Assembly (NCBI RefSeq): GCF_000284115.1
Contig: NC_017080.1
Coordinates: forward strand, 1,050,001-1,082,000
From: Phycisphaera mikurensis NBRC 102666
Lineage (GTDB): Bacteria > Planctomycetota > Phycisphaerae > Phycisphaerales > Phycisphaeraceae
Direction: 5' to 3'
DNA length: 32,000 bases
Positions 19,168 to 27,059 of this stretch are shown here, piece by piece (positions within the stretch are counted from its first letter, which is position 1; every line of letters starts with the position of its first letter). A program made the translations under genes and the position numbers. The notes below the pieces were generated by a model that was given only the letters and a program-made list of their open reading frames with translations, was not told the origin of the DNA and searched no databases.

Positions 19168-19224
19168 CGTGGTGGGGGCGGCGGGCTGGGGGGCCTGGAA
19201 GCGGCTCCGCCCGGGGCGGAGCGC

Positions 19225-21570
19225 TCAGGGCTGGAGCACGCGGGCGGGAACGGCGGGGTCGGTGGTGGCGATGAGGCTCGGCTCCAGGCCTTCGGCGAAC
19301 GCCACGACGCGCAGCTCGGCGCCGGCGGGCAGGTCGACGGGGCCGTCAACCACCGGTGATCCGGCGGTCGGATCGGTGCCGTCGGTGGTGAAGCGGAGCG
19401 TGGCGTCCGGCTCCTCGGTCGAGGCGGACCAGCGGGGCGTGCCTCCGCTGCCGGCGGCCGCGGGGGTGAGCGTGGGCATGGCCGCGGGGCCGTGGCGGAA
19501 GCCGGTGAGTTCGCGCGCGGCGGGCAGCCACACGCGGTCGTAGAAGAAGGGCTCGTCGCCGCGTTCCTCCCACAGCCCGCGCAGCGCGTTCTCCTGCGGC
19601 ACGTACTCGGTGAAGTACGCGGCGTTCTCCGGGTCGTCGAGGCTGGAGCCGCGGGCGTTCCACAGCAGCGACGCGCGGTGCTTGTCGGTGGTGTCGTCGA
19701 ACTCGGCCGCGTTCCACTCGTCGGCCTTGACGCTCCCGACGGCGTTGGCCACGCGGTGCGACTTGAGCACGTACCGCACCCACGCCCAGTCGGGCCCGGC
19801 CTCGCCGCTGTCGAGGTGCTCGGCCATGTACGTGACCGAGGCGTAGGTGTAGATCCACGGCGCGAGCGTGGCGACGTGCCGGCCCGATTGCGGCACCGAG
19901 TCGTGGATCAGCAGGTGGCCGTCGGGCATCGCGGCGCGGAGCAGCCGCATGGTTTCGTAGCCCCGGATCCAGTCGACCGACGGCAGCCCGTCGCTGTAGG
20001 TGCCGTCGAAGCCGTGGCGGTCGACGGCCTCGAGGATCGCGTCGGCGAACACCTCGGGGTCGCGCGTGCGGTGGAACCAGGCGGAGGCGTAGGCGATGGA
20101 CTTCATCCCCGCGGCGTCGGCCGCCTCGACGTGCCGGTCGATCCACGCCGGGTCGAAGGGGATGAAGCGGTCGCTGAAGGTCATGCCCCACTCCCGCCAG
20201 TGGAAGTCCCAGAGCAGCGCAACGTCGGCGACCCCGGCCGCCTCCTCCAGCACGCGTGCGGGGTCCCAGCTCTTCCAGGTCAGCAGCCACTTCTGGTCGA
20301 AGCTGTCGGCCCAGGGGAACGCGCGGGGCGGGAACGCCGAGAGGAACATCCGGTCGCCGGGCTCGACGCCGGACCATCCGACCCGCCAGCCTGCGGGCTC
20401 CCGGCTGAGCGTGTCGGTGTCCTTCCAGTGCAGGCCGGCGAAGTCGGGCGTGGGGCCGACGGGCTCGGCGCGGGCGATCTTGCCGGTGTCTCGCTGCGGG
20501 TACATCGCCGCGGTGAAGCCACCGTAGCCGTCGCTGGCGAAGACCGCGCCGTCGCCCAAGCGGGCGAAGGGCGCGGCGAACGCGCTTTTCGCCTCGAAGG
20601 AGGCGGCGCCGGCGAGTGGCGCGACCGCGAGCATGCCGTCGCACTGGAAGCCCAGCAGCACCGCGTCGTTGCCGAGCACGAGGACCGTGTCGTCCGATCG
20701 CCGCACCGTGAGGCCGCCGAGGTCGGCGTCGGTGGTGAAGGTGACCAACGGCCGCGGCACCCCGATGCGTTGGTGCGCGGTCAGCGTGCCGGCCCGCGGA
20801 TCGACCACCCACCGCACGCCCGTGACGTCGACGGTGTGGACGCCCGACGCCGCGTTGGACCCGTGACGCTCGACCGACATCGGCAGCGCTCCGGGGCCGC
20901 CGGGGAAGGTGACCAGCGACATCGGATCGCCGCGGATGCCCTGTCTCGCCGGTGGCAGCTCCACGACCGCGATGTCCGCGAGCCTCACCTCGATCGGCCG
21001 GTGCACCGTCTCGCCGACGTAGATCGTCGCGTGCGGCGCCATCGTCCGCAGCCGGTCCGCGGCCGGGAAGGTGTAGGGCTGGTCCCAGCGGCTCCAGCCG
21101 CCGGGGCCGAAGGTCTTCGACGGCAGCGCCATGTCCTTGCTGCCGCTGACGTACGTGCCTTCCCCGTCGAAGGTCATGCATCCGCCGTTGACCTCGGACC
21201 ACTGCTGGTCGAAGTCGGTCTTGACCTTCATCGAGAGCACGTACGGCGTGTTGGGCTTGATCGGTAGGCGGTTCCGGCTCCACCGGGTGCCGTTGGCCCA
21301 GCCCTCGGCGGCGTGGTGCATCCTCCAATGCGCGGGCTGATCTCCCTCGGCGGGCACAAACTGCATCCGCCAGTCCTCGTTCTGCTCGTCATTGAATTCC
21401 GCGTCCGGCGACGACAGGTCGAACCCGTCGATGCGGTGGACCGTTCCCCCGGGGTACCGCTCGAGCAACGCCGCGTCCAGCTCGGCGTGCGTCTCGGCGG
21501 AGCCGGTGGAGAGGCCGGGCATCGTCAGGAGCGTCAGCGCGGCGAGAGCGGCAGGCAGGCAGTTCTTCAT
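19225..21570 (-). CDS. Putative secreted glycoside-hydrolase-like protein with C-terminal chitobiase-like domain; paralogue B
   Basis: Signal peptide-like MKNCLPAALAALTLLTMPGLSTGSA; VTGVRWVVDPRAGTLTAHQRI; LGFQCDGMLAVAP; HGFDGTYSDGLPSVDWIRGYETMRLLRAAMPDGHLLIHDSVPQSGRH; LRFTTDGTDPTAGSPVVDGP. Confidence 0.8.
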   Translation of the reverse strand: MKNCLPAALAALTLLTMPGLSTGSAETHAELDAALLERYPGGTVHRIDGFDLSSPDAEFNDEQNEDWRMQFVPAEGDQPAHWRMHHAAEGWANGTRWSRNRLPIKPNTPYVLSMKVKTDFDQQWSEVNGGCMTFDGEGTYVSGSKDMALPSKTFGPGGWSRWDQPYTFPAADRLRTMAPHATIYVGETVHRPIEVRLADIAVVELPPARQGIRGDPMSLVTFPGGPGALPMSVERHGSNAASGVHTVDVTGVRWVVDPRAGTLTAHQRIGVPRPLVTFTTDADLGGLTVRRSDDTVLVLGNDAVLLGFQCDGMLAVAPLAGAASFEAKSAFAAPFARLGDGAVFASDGYGGFTAAMYPQRDTGKIARAEPVGPTPDFAGLHWKDTDTLSREPAGWRVGWSGVEPGDRMFLSAFPPRAFPWADSFDQKWLLTWKSWDPARVLEEAAGVADVALLWDFHWREWGMTFSDRFIPFDPAWIDRHVEAADAAGMKSIAYASAWFHRTRDPEVFADAILEAVDRHGFDGTYSDGLPSVDWIRGYETMRLLRAAMPDGHLLIHDSVPQSGRHVATLAPWIYTYASVTYMAEHLDSGEAGPDWAWVRYVLKSHRVANAVGSVKADEWNAAEFDDTTDKHRASLLWNARGSSLDDPENAAYFTEYVPQENALRGLWEERGDEPFFYDRVWLPAARELTGFRHGPAAMPTLTPAAAGSGGTPRWSASTEEPDATLRFTTDGTDPTAGSPVVDGPVDLPAGAELRVVAFAEGLEPSLIATTDPAVPARVLQP

Positions 21571-21614
21571 CGTGAGTCTGATGAGGACGAGGTGGCGGCG
21601 GCGGCGGCGGTGGC

Positions 21615-23888
21615 TCAGGGCGCGGGCGTGGGCGGGCTGGGCTCGAGCCCCTCCGCCACGGCGATCGCCCGGACGCCGGTGGCTGTTTCGAGCGGGCCGT
21701 CGTAGATGGGGCTGTCGCCGGTGGGTTCGCTGCCGTCGAGCGTGTAGTGAATCGTCGCGCCCTCCGTCCGCGAGCGGAGCGTCGTCTTGCCGTTCGCCAT
21801 CTCGATGATCGGCATCGCGGCGGGCCCGACGCGGAAGCCGGTCAATACGCGGGCCTTCTCCACCAAATACCGGTCGTAGAAGTACGGGTCCTCGCCGTGC
21901 TCCTCCCAGAGCGCCCGCAGCTCCCGCTGCACCGGCACGTACTCCTGGTTGATGCCCTCGCCGCTGTGCTCGCCGCGGCGGGCGTTCCAAATCAGCCCGG
22001 CGAGGAACGGGTCCATCGGCTTCTCGAAGCCCGGGCCGGTCCAGGCGTCGCCCTTGACGGTGCCCACCGCGTTGGAGACCCGGTGTTGACCGATTACGTA
22101 GCGGACCCAGGGCCAAGTCGGCCCGGCGTCGGTGGCCAGGTGCTCCGCCATGTAGGTGGCGGTGGTGTAGGTGTAGAGGAACGGCGAGAGCGCCGCGGGG
22201 TGGCGGCCGGACTGCGGGACGGAGTCGTGCACGACGATCAGCTTGTCGCCGAGGCGCTCGCGGAGCAGCCGCAGCTCCTCGTAGCCCACCAGCCACTCCA
22301 CCGCCGGCAGCCCGTCGCTGTAGAAGCCGTCGAAGCCGTACTCCTCGACCTCGTCCGTCACCGCATCGGCCCAGAGCTCCGCGTCGCGGCTGCCGAAGAA
22401 CCAGGCGCTGGTGTAGAAGATCGCCCGCTTGCCGGCGTCCTGCGCGAACCCCACGTGCTCGCGGATCTCCGCCGGATCGATCGCGAGGTACCGGTCGCCG
22501 AAGCTCATGCCCCACTCGCGGGCGTGGAAGTCCCAGAGCAGGAACGTGTCCACCGGCTCCACCCAGTCGCTGGTGTAGTCCCCCGCCGGATCGCCGCGGT
22601 AGGTGAGGTGCCACATCAGGTCGAAGCTGGCCTCCCAGTCGTACGCCCGCGGCGGGAAGGCGGAGAGGAACAGCCGCTCGCCGGCGTCGAGCCGCCAGCG
22701 GATCTGCCAGCCGGCGGGGGCCTCGCTCAGCGACTCCAGGTCGGTGCGGTCGAAGCCGGCGAAGTCAAGGTCGGGCGTCACGGGCTCGGTGTCGGGCAGC
22801 TTGCCGCTGCCCAGCGGCGGGTGGGGGTTCACCGAGAAGCCTCCGAGGCCGTCGCTCGCCAGCAGGTGCCCGTCGCCGTAGCGGACGAACGGGGCCGCCA
22901 GCTCGGAGGTGACCACGATCTCCGCCGCACGCGTCGGGTACAGCGCCAGCATCCCGTCGCACTGGAAGCCCAGCGCCACGTGTTCGTTCTGGAGCACCGC
23001 CACGGTCTCGTCCTCGCGAGCGACCTCCAGCCCGCCGAGCGGCAGGTCGACCGACCACGTCGCCAGCGGCCGGGGGAAGTCGATGCGCTGGTGCGCTGCG
23101 ATGGTGCCCGCGGCCGGGTCGACGACCCAGCGGACGCCGGTGACGTTGACCTCCATCGTGCCGTCGTCCCGGGTCTGCACCGGCTCCACCGCCATCGGCA
23201 GCGTCCCGGGGCCGCCGGCGAAGGTGACCTCCGCCACCGGGTCGTGCGCGGGGACCAGCGGCGTTTGGGGCAGCTCCACGACCGTGAGGTCGGCGATGGC
23301 GAAGTCCACCTCCACAGGCCGCTCGTACTCAGCGCCGAGGTAGAGGTAGAAGGTCGGCCGCCCGAGCTTGATCCCGCCGTTTGGCGGCGTGGTGATGACC
23401 GTCTCGAACCGCTCCCAGCCGCGCGGGCCCTCGGTTTTTGCCGGGAAGCCGATCTCGCGCCGGCCCGGGAACGGGTTCGCCGCGTCGTCCATGCACGCGA
23501 GACCGAGGTTGAGTTCAAGGAATCGGCGGTCGAAGTCGGCGCGGATCAGCGTGGACAGCAGGTACCGGCGGTTGGGCTTCAGGCGGATGTTCCGCTCGCT
23601 CCACGTGCCCCGGGCCAACCAATCCGGCTCACCGCCCTCGTCGAAGGGCTCCACCACGGGGAACCAATGAGCTGGGTTCTCGCCGTCGGCCTCGCGGAAG
23701 TCCCAGTAGAGGTTGGGCTGGTTCTGCCAACCGGCGGACGCGGTGGAGAGGTCGAAGGAGGGCACCTCCAGCACCTCCCCGCCGCGGAGTTCGACCTCGA
23801 GCAGCGACGCCGGCAGGGCGGATTCCGCGACCGCCGCCAGGGCGGGGGCGAGGACCGCGACGACGACGGCGAGCAACGGGACACGCAT
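21615..23888 (-). CDS. Putative secreted glycoside-hydrolase-like protein with C-terminal chitobiase-like domain; paralogue C
   Basis: MRVPLLAVVVAVLAPALAAVAES; VTGVRWVVDPAAGTIAAHQRI; LGFQCDGMLALYP; YGFDGFYSDGLPAVEWLVGYEELRLLRERLGDKLIVVHDSVPQSGRH; IHYTLDGSEPTGDSPIYDGP. Homology supports a start at 23888, not the tracked 24449. Confidence 0.82.
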   Translation of the reverse strand: MRVPLLAVVVAVLAPALAAVAESALPASLLEVELRGGEVLEVPSFDLSTASAGWQNQPNLYWDFREADGENPAHWFPVVEPFDEGGEPDWLARGTWSERNIRLKPNRRYLLSTLIRADFDRRFLELNLGLACMDDAANPFPGRREIGFPAKTEGPRGWERFETVITTPPNGGIKLGRPTFYLYLGAEYERPVEVDFAIADLTVVELPQTPLVPAHDPVAEVTFAGGPGTLPMAVEPVQTRDDGTMEVNVTGVRWVVDPAAGTIAAHQRIDFPRPLATWSVDLPLGGLEVAREDETVAVLQNEHVALGFQCDGMLALYPTRAAEIVVTSELAAPFVRYGDGHLLASDGLGGFSVNPHPPLGSGKLPDTEPVTPDLDFAGFDRTDLESLSEAPAGWQIRWRLDAGERLFLSAFPPRAYDWEASFDLMWHLTYRGDPAGDYTSDWVEPVDTFLLWDFHAREWGMSFGDRYLAIDPAEIREHVGFAQDAGKRAIFYTSAWFFGSRDAELWADAVTDEVEEYGFDGFYSDGLPAVEWLVGYEELRLLRERLGDKLIVVHDSVPQSGRHPAALSPFLYTYTTATYMAEHLATDAGPTWPWVRYVIGQHRVSNAVGTVKGDAWTGPGFEKPMDPFLAGLIWNARRGEHSGEGINQEYVPVQRELRALWEEHGEDPYFYDRYLVEKARVLTGFRVGPAAMPIIEMANGKTTLRSRTEGATIHYTLDGSEPTGDSPIYDGPLETATGVRAIAVAEGLEPSPPTPAP

Positions 23889-23944
23889 GCGGATGCCTTG
23901 GAGGAGAGGATGGCCGCACCGGGCGGGGCGGCGGTTCCACCATA

Positions 23945-23961
23945 ACGAACCAATGGTTCCG
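23945..23961. promoter_or_regulatory. Candidate operator (reverse strand CGGAAC-CATTG-GTTCGT) in the divergent 23888/24022 promoter region
   Basis: Same 6-5-6 layout as 5512-5528 with one arm mismatch; an additional GGTTCC half-site at 23933-23938, 22 bp upstream of GGTTCC 23955-23960. Confidence 0.45.
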
Positions 23962-24021
23962 TTACCATGGGAGCGTGTCGCGGCTTGCCCCGAGCGTGTG
24001 GACCGACCCCGGAACCTCGCC

Positions 24022-25935
24022 ATGACCTCTCCCCGCCGATCCTTTCTCACCGCCGTCTTCTCTGTTTCGCTGTTCGCAGCGATTCCGCTCTGGCCCGCCG
24101 CGACCGCCTCCGCCGAGCGATCCGCCGACGCACCGGACCGGCCCGAGCCGCTGCTGGTGAAGGTCGGCTGGGACGGCGGCGGCCCGCAGAAGCTGCTCGA
24201 CAACCTCGACCGCGTGCGTGACCTGCCCTTCGACGGCCACACCTTCAAGCTGGGCTTCCGCCTGCAGAACGCGTTCTGGAAGGAGGCCATCCCCGCGGAG
24301 GAGTTCGAGCCGCACCGCGCCGCGATGCGGGAGCTGATGGAGCGGGACCTCGGCAACGCGCGGCACAACCTCGTGATGATCTGGTGCACCGCCGAGGCCG
24401 GTTGGGACTGGTTCGACGACGACCACTGGGAGGCGGCGCTCGCGAACATGCGGCAGCTCGCGGAGCTCGCCGCGATCGGCGGCTGCGACCTGTTCTGGGA
24501 TCCGGAGAGCTACCCGGCGCTCGAAGCTCACTTCGGGCAAGACGCCTTCTGGCCCTTCATCTACCAGGACAACCCCGGCCACGAGGAACACAGCTACGAG
24601 GCGTACAAGGAGCGGATCTTCGCCTGCGGAGCGGGCTTCGCCCGCATGCTCCAGGAGGTGGACCCCGAGATCGACGTCCTCTCGATGTACGGCTTCGGCG
24701 TCTTCATGGACCTGCTCGACGAGCCGGATCTGTCGCGGATGAACCAGAAGATCAAGGAGCGGAACTACTACAACCTGCTGCCCGCCTTTCTGGCGGGGAT
24801 GCTGAGCGAGGCCCACGAGGGGCTGGAGGTCTTCGACGGCAACGAGCCCGCGTACTACTACCGCAAAGCCGGGGACTTCTACGAGGACCGCCACCAGCTG
24901 CTCACGCGCGGCCGCCGGCTGCTGCCCGAGACGCTCCGCGGGGAGTTCCCGGAGCACTACCGCTTCTCGAACGCGATCTACGCCTCGGACCTCTACGCGG
25001 CCGATCCCGAGGCGACCGACCAGTACCGCGCCTTCTTCGTGCAGGAGATGACGCGCGAGCAGCAGGCGGAGTTCCTCGCCCACAACGTCTTCTACGCCCT
25101 GCACAGCTCCGATCGCTACGCCTGGTTCTACACCGAGAACGACATCGACGTCTACACCGGCGAGGTGCCCGACGGCATGATCGAGGCGATCGAGGACGCG
25201 AAGCAGCACCTGCGGGAGGGCCGGAAGTACCCCAAGCGGATCTCGGAGGTCGTGGCCGCGGCGAGCGACGCGTACGAGGAGCGGGCCCGGGGCTTGATCG
25301 CCCGCGGCGAGGCGGTGTCCGTGCTGGCCGGCGATGACCTGAAAGTCGATGGCGTCGCGGACGAGGAGCACTGGGCCCGAGCCGAGGCGCACGCGTTCCG
25401 CCTCCCGCTCCCCAAGGAGCAAGGGGGCTACGAAGTGCCCATGGGCACCACGCTGAAGGTCGCGCACGACGGCGAGCACCTGCACCTGCTGGTGCGGACC
25501 GAGGTCGGCGAACGCTCGGAGCTCAAGGCACCCGCCGGGGCGCGGGACGGCGACGTCTGGAGCGGCGACGACGTCGAGTTCGCGATCCAAGACCCCACCG
25601 ATCCGGACCGCTTCGTGCTGCTGATGGTGGACCCCGAGGGCGTCCGCTACGACGCGGCGGTGCGGCCGGCGCAGGGGGAGGAGGACCCGGAGATCAGCAA
25701 CGGCTACGACCCTCAGTGGAGCTTCGCCATGAGCTTCCCCGACGGAGCCTGGCAGGTGGAGGCGGCCATCCCCTGGGAGGCGATCGGCGGCCGGCCCCGC
25801 AACGACCAAGACCTCCGCCTGAACGCCTGCCGCAGCTTCACGATGCAGCCGGGCCTGAACTTCGCCTCGTTCTCGCAGGTCACCACCGGCTTCCTGGACC
25901 CCGAAGAGTTCGGCACCGTGAAGCTGGGACGCTGA
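24022..25935 (+). CDS. Secreted protein of the same unassigned putative glycan-active family as 12059..13930, with a C-terminal CBM9-like domain
   Basis: Signal peptide MTSPRRSFLTAVFSVSLFAAIPLWPAATASA; WDWFDDDHWEAALANMRQLAELAAIGGCDLFWDPESY; LLPAFLAGMLSEAHEGLEVFDGNEPAYYY; C-terminal LKVDGVADEEHWARAEAHAF...LKVAHDGEHLHLLVRTEV...DDVEFAIQ. Confidence 0.75.
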   Translation: MTSPRRSFLTAVFSVSLFAAIPLWPAATASAERSADAPDRPEPLLVKVGWDGGGPQKLLDNLDRVRDLPFDGHTFKLGFRLQNAFWKEAIPAEEFEPHRAAMRELMERDLGNARHNLVMIWCTAEAGWDWFDDDHWEAALANMRQLAELAAIGGCDLFWDPESYPALEAHFGQDAFWPFIYQDNPGHEEHSYEAYKERIFACGAGFARMLQEVDPEIDVLSMYGFGVFMDLLDEPDLSRMNQKIKERNYYNLLPAFLAGMLSEAHEGLEVFDGNEPAYYYRKAGDFYEDRHQLLTRGRRLLPETLRGEFPEHYRFSNAIYASDLYAADPEATDQYRAFFVQEMTREQQAEFLAHNVFYALHSSDRYAWFYTENDIDVYTGEVPDGMIEAIEDAKQHLREGRKYPKRISEVVAAASDAYEERARGLIARGEAVSVLAGDDLKVDGVADEEHWARAEAHAFRLPLPKEQGGYEVPMGTTLKVAHDGEHLHLLVRTEVGERSELKAPAGARDGDVWSGDDVEFAIQDPTDPDRFVLLMVDPEGVRYDAAVRPAQGEEDPEISNGYDPQWSFAMSFPDGAWQVEAAIPWEAIGGRPRNDQDLRLNACRSFTMQPGLNFASFSQVTTGFLDPEEFGTVKLGR

Positions 25936-26057
25936 GGCAAGGTGCGGAAGGAACGACGCCGGGCTGGCACGCGCGGAGGCGGCCCGGCCAGCCTGTCTCC
26001 GGCAGTGAGGGTGCCACCGCAACATGGGCTCGACCTCCTCCGGAACCGCAGGAAGAC

Positions 26058-26075
26058 CCGGACTTCTTGGTCCGG
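26058..26075. repeat. Small hairpin CCGGAC-TTCTTG-GTCCGG next to the long inverted repeat
   Basis: Perfect 6-bp arms with a 6-nt loop. Confidence 0.4.
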
Positions 26076-26077
26076 TC

Positions 26078-26183
26078 GGTGCCACGCCGCTCGCGGGGTG
26101 GCGGTCGCCGGAGGCGACGCCAGCGGATACACGGAACGGCCGCGTGTCCTGCGGACACCCCACCCCGCAAGCGGCGTGGCACC
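26078..26183. repeat. 106-bp element bounded by 24-nt inverted repeats (23/24 match) with two nested 6-bp hairpins; unknown function
   Basis: GGTGCCACGCCGCTCGCGGGGTGG (26078-26101) vs CCACCCCGCAAGCGGCGTGGCACC (26160-26183). Internal GTCGCC-GGA-GGCGAC and GTGTCC-TGC-GGACAC. Confidence 0.7.
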
Positions 26184-26210
26184 CGGGCATCCGCCGGAGC
26201 TCCGCTCCCG

Positions 26211-26258
26211 CCGCGGACCGCGGTCGGTTTCGCCGCGTTTCGGCGACGGTCCGCGGAT
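26211..26258. repeat. Copy 2 of the hairpin element: CCGCGGACCG-N26-CGGTCCGCGG-AT, opposite orientation to copy 1
   Basis: Perfect 10-bp arms at 26211-26220 and 26247-26256. On the minus strand it follows the stop codon of 26269..26880 by about 12 nt. Confidence 0.7.
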
Positions 26259-26268
26259 CCTCACCGGA

Positions 26269-26880
26269 TCAATGGTCGGCGGCCGGCACGGTGTGGAGGA
26301 GCCCGACGCGGCCGGTGCGGAAGCTGCGGTGCGGGCTCTCCAGGCGGACCGTGGCCTCTCCCGCACCGGGCCGGTTGTAGACGGCGAGGCCGCCGGTGAA
26401 GAGGCGGCGGACGCCGCCGTCGGGGTGCTCCCGCCCGGGCCCGAGCGCCCGGCCCAGCGGCTGGTCCCACAGCGGGTACCAGTCGTGGAGGTGGTCGGGC
26501 GTGGGCAGCGGGTTGGGGTCGCTGAAGAGCACGAAGCCGTCGGAGCGGGTAAGGGCGAGCGTGGTGACCGCCCGCACGCGGGCGGGCTCGTTGCGGCTCT
26601 GCTCGAACCAAGCGGAGATCGCGTTGATCCGCGGCTCTCGTGCGTGCCGCTCGTTGTGGACGAGCGACGCCTCCATCTCCGCCCAGGCCGACCAATTGGC
26701 GCTGCGGTCGGCCTCCATGAACGAGCCGTTGACCAGGTCGGCCGTCTCGACGAGCGGGTTTGCGTTGGCGTTGACCAGGACGAGGGTTCCGGGCGGGACC
26801 TGCGCTCGAACCGCCTCCATCGGCGCGCGGCGGTCGGGCCGCGCATCCCACCACCAGTCGAAGAAGATGCCTGTCTCCAT
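26269..26880 (-). pseudogene. Probable 5'-truncated remnant of a glycoside-hydrolase-like TIM-barrel protein
   Basis: METGIFFDWWWDARPDRRAPMEAVRAQVPPGTLVLVNANANPLVETADLVNGSFMEAD... reads like the second half of a barrel. The ORF extends to 27012, but upstream residues are low-complexity with no signal peptide. Confidence 0.5.
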
Positions 26881-27059
26881 GAGCCCACCGCATCTCCTCC
26901 AGGCCGAACGGGGGTTGGATTGCGCCGGAGCCGTCTCGACCGGACAACCCGGAGCGGCGTTCGGAGCAAGCCGACAAGCCTGCCACGGACGCGGGACCGG
27001 CGGCCGCGGCATCGCCGTGGGGGGAGGAGGCGCATGCTGGTGTCAGATGACGGGAAGCT

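Noticed and set aside
21571-22614. N-terminal extension of paralogue B in the tracked ORF (19225..22614)
   Set aside because: It overlaps paralogue C out of frame. A signal peptide begins precisely at Met 21570.
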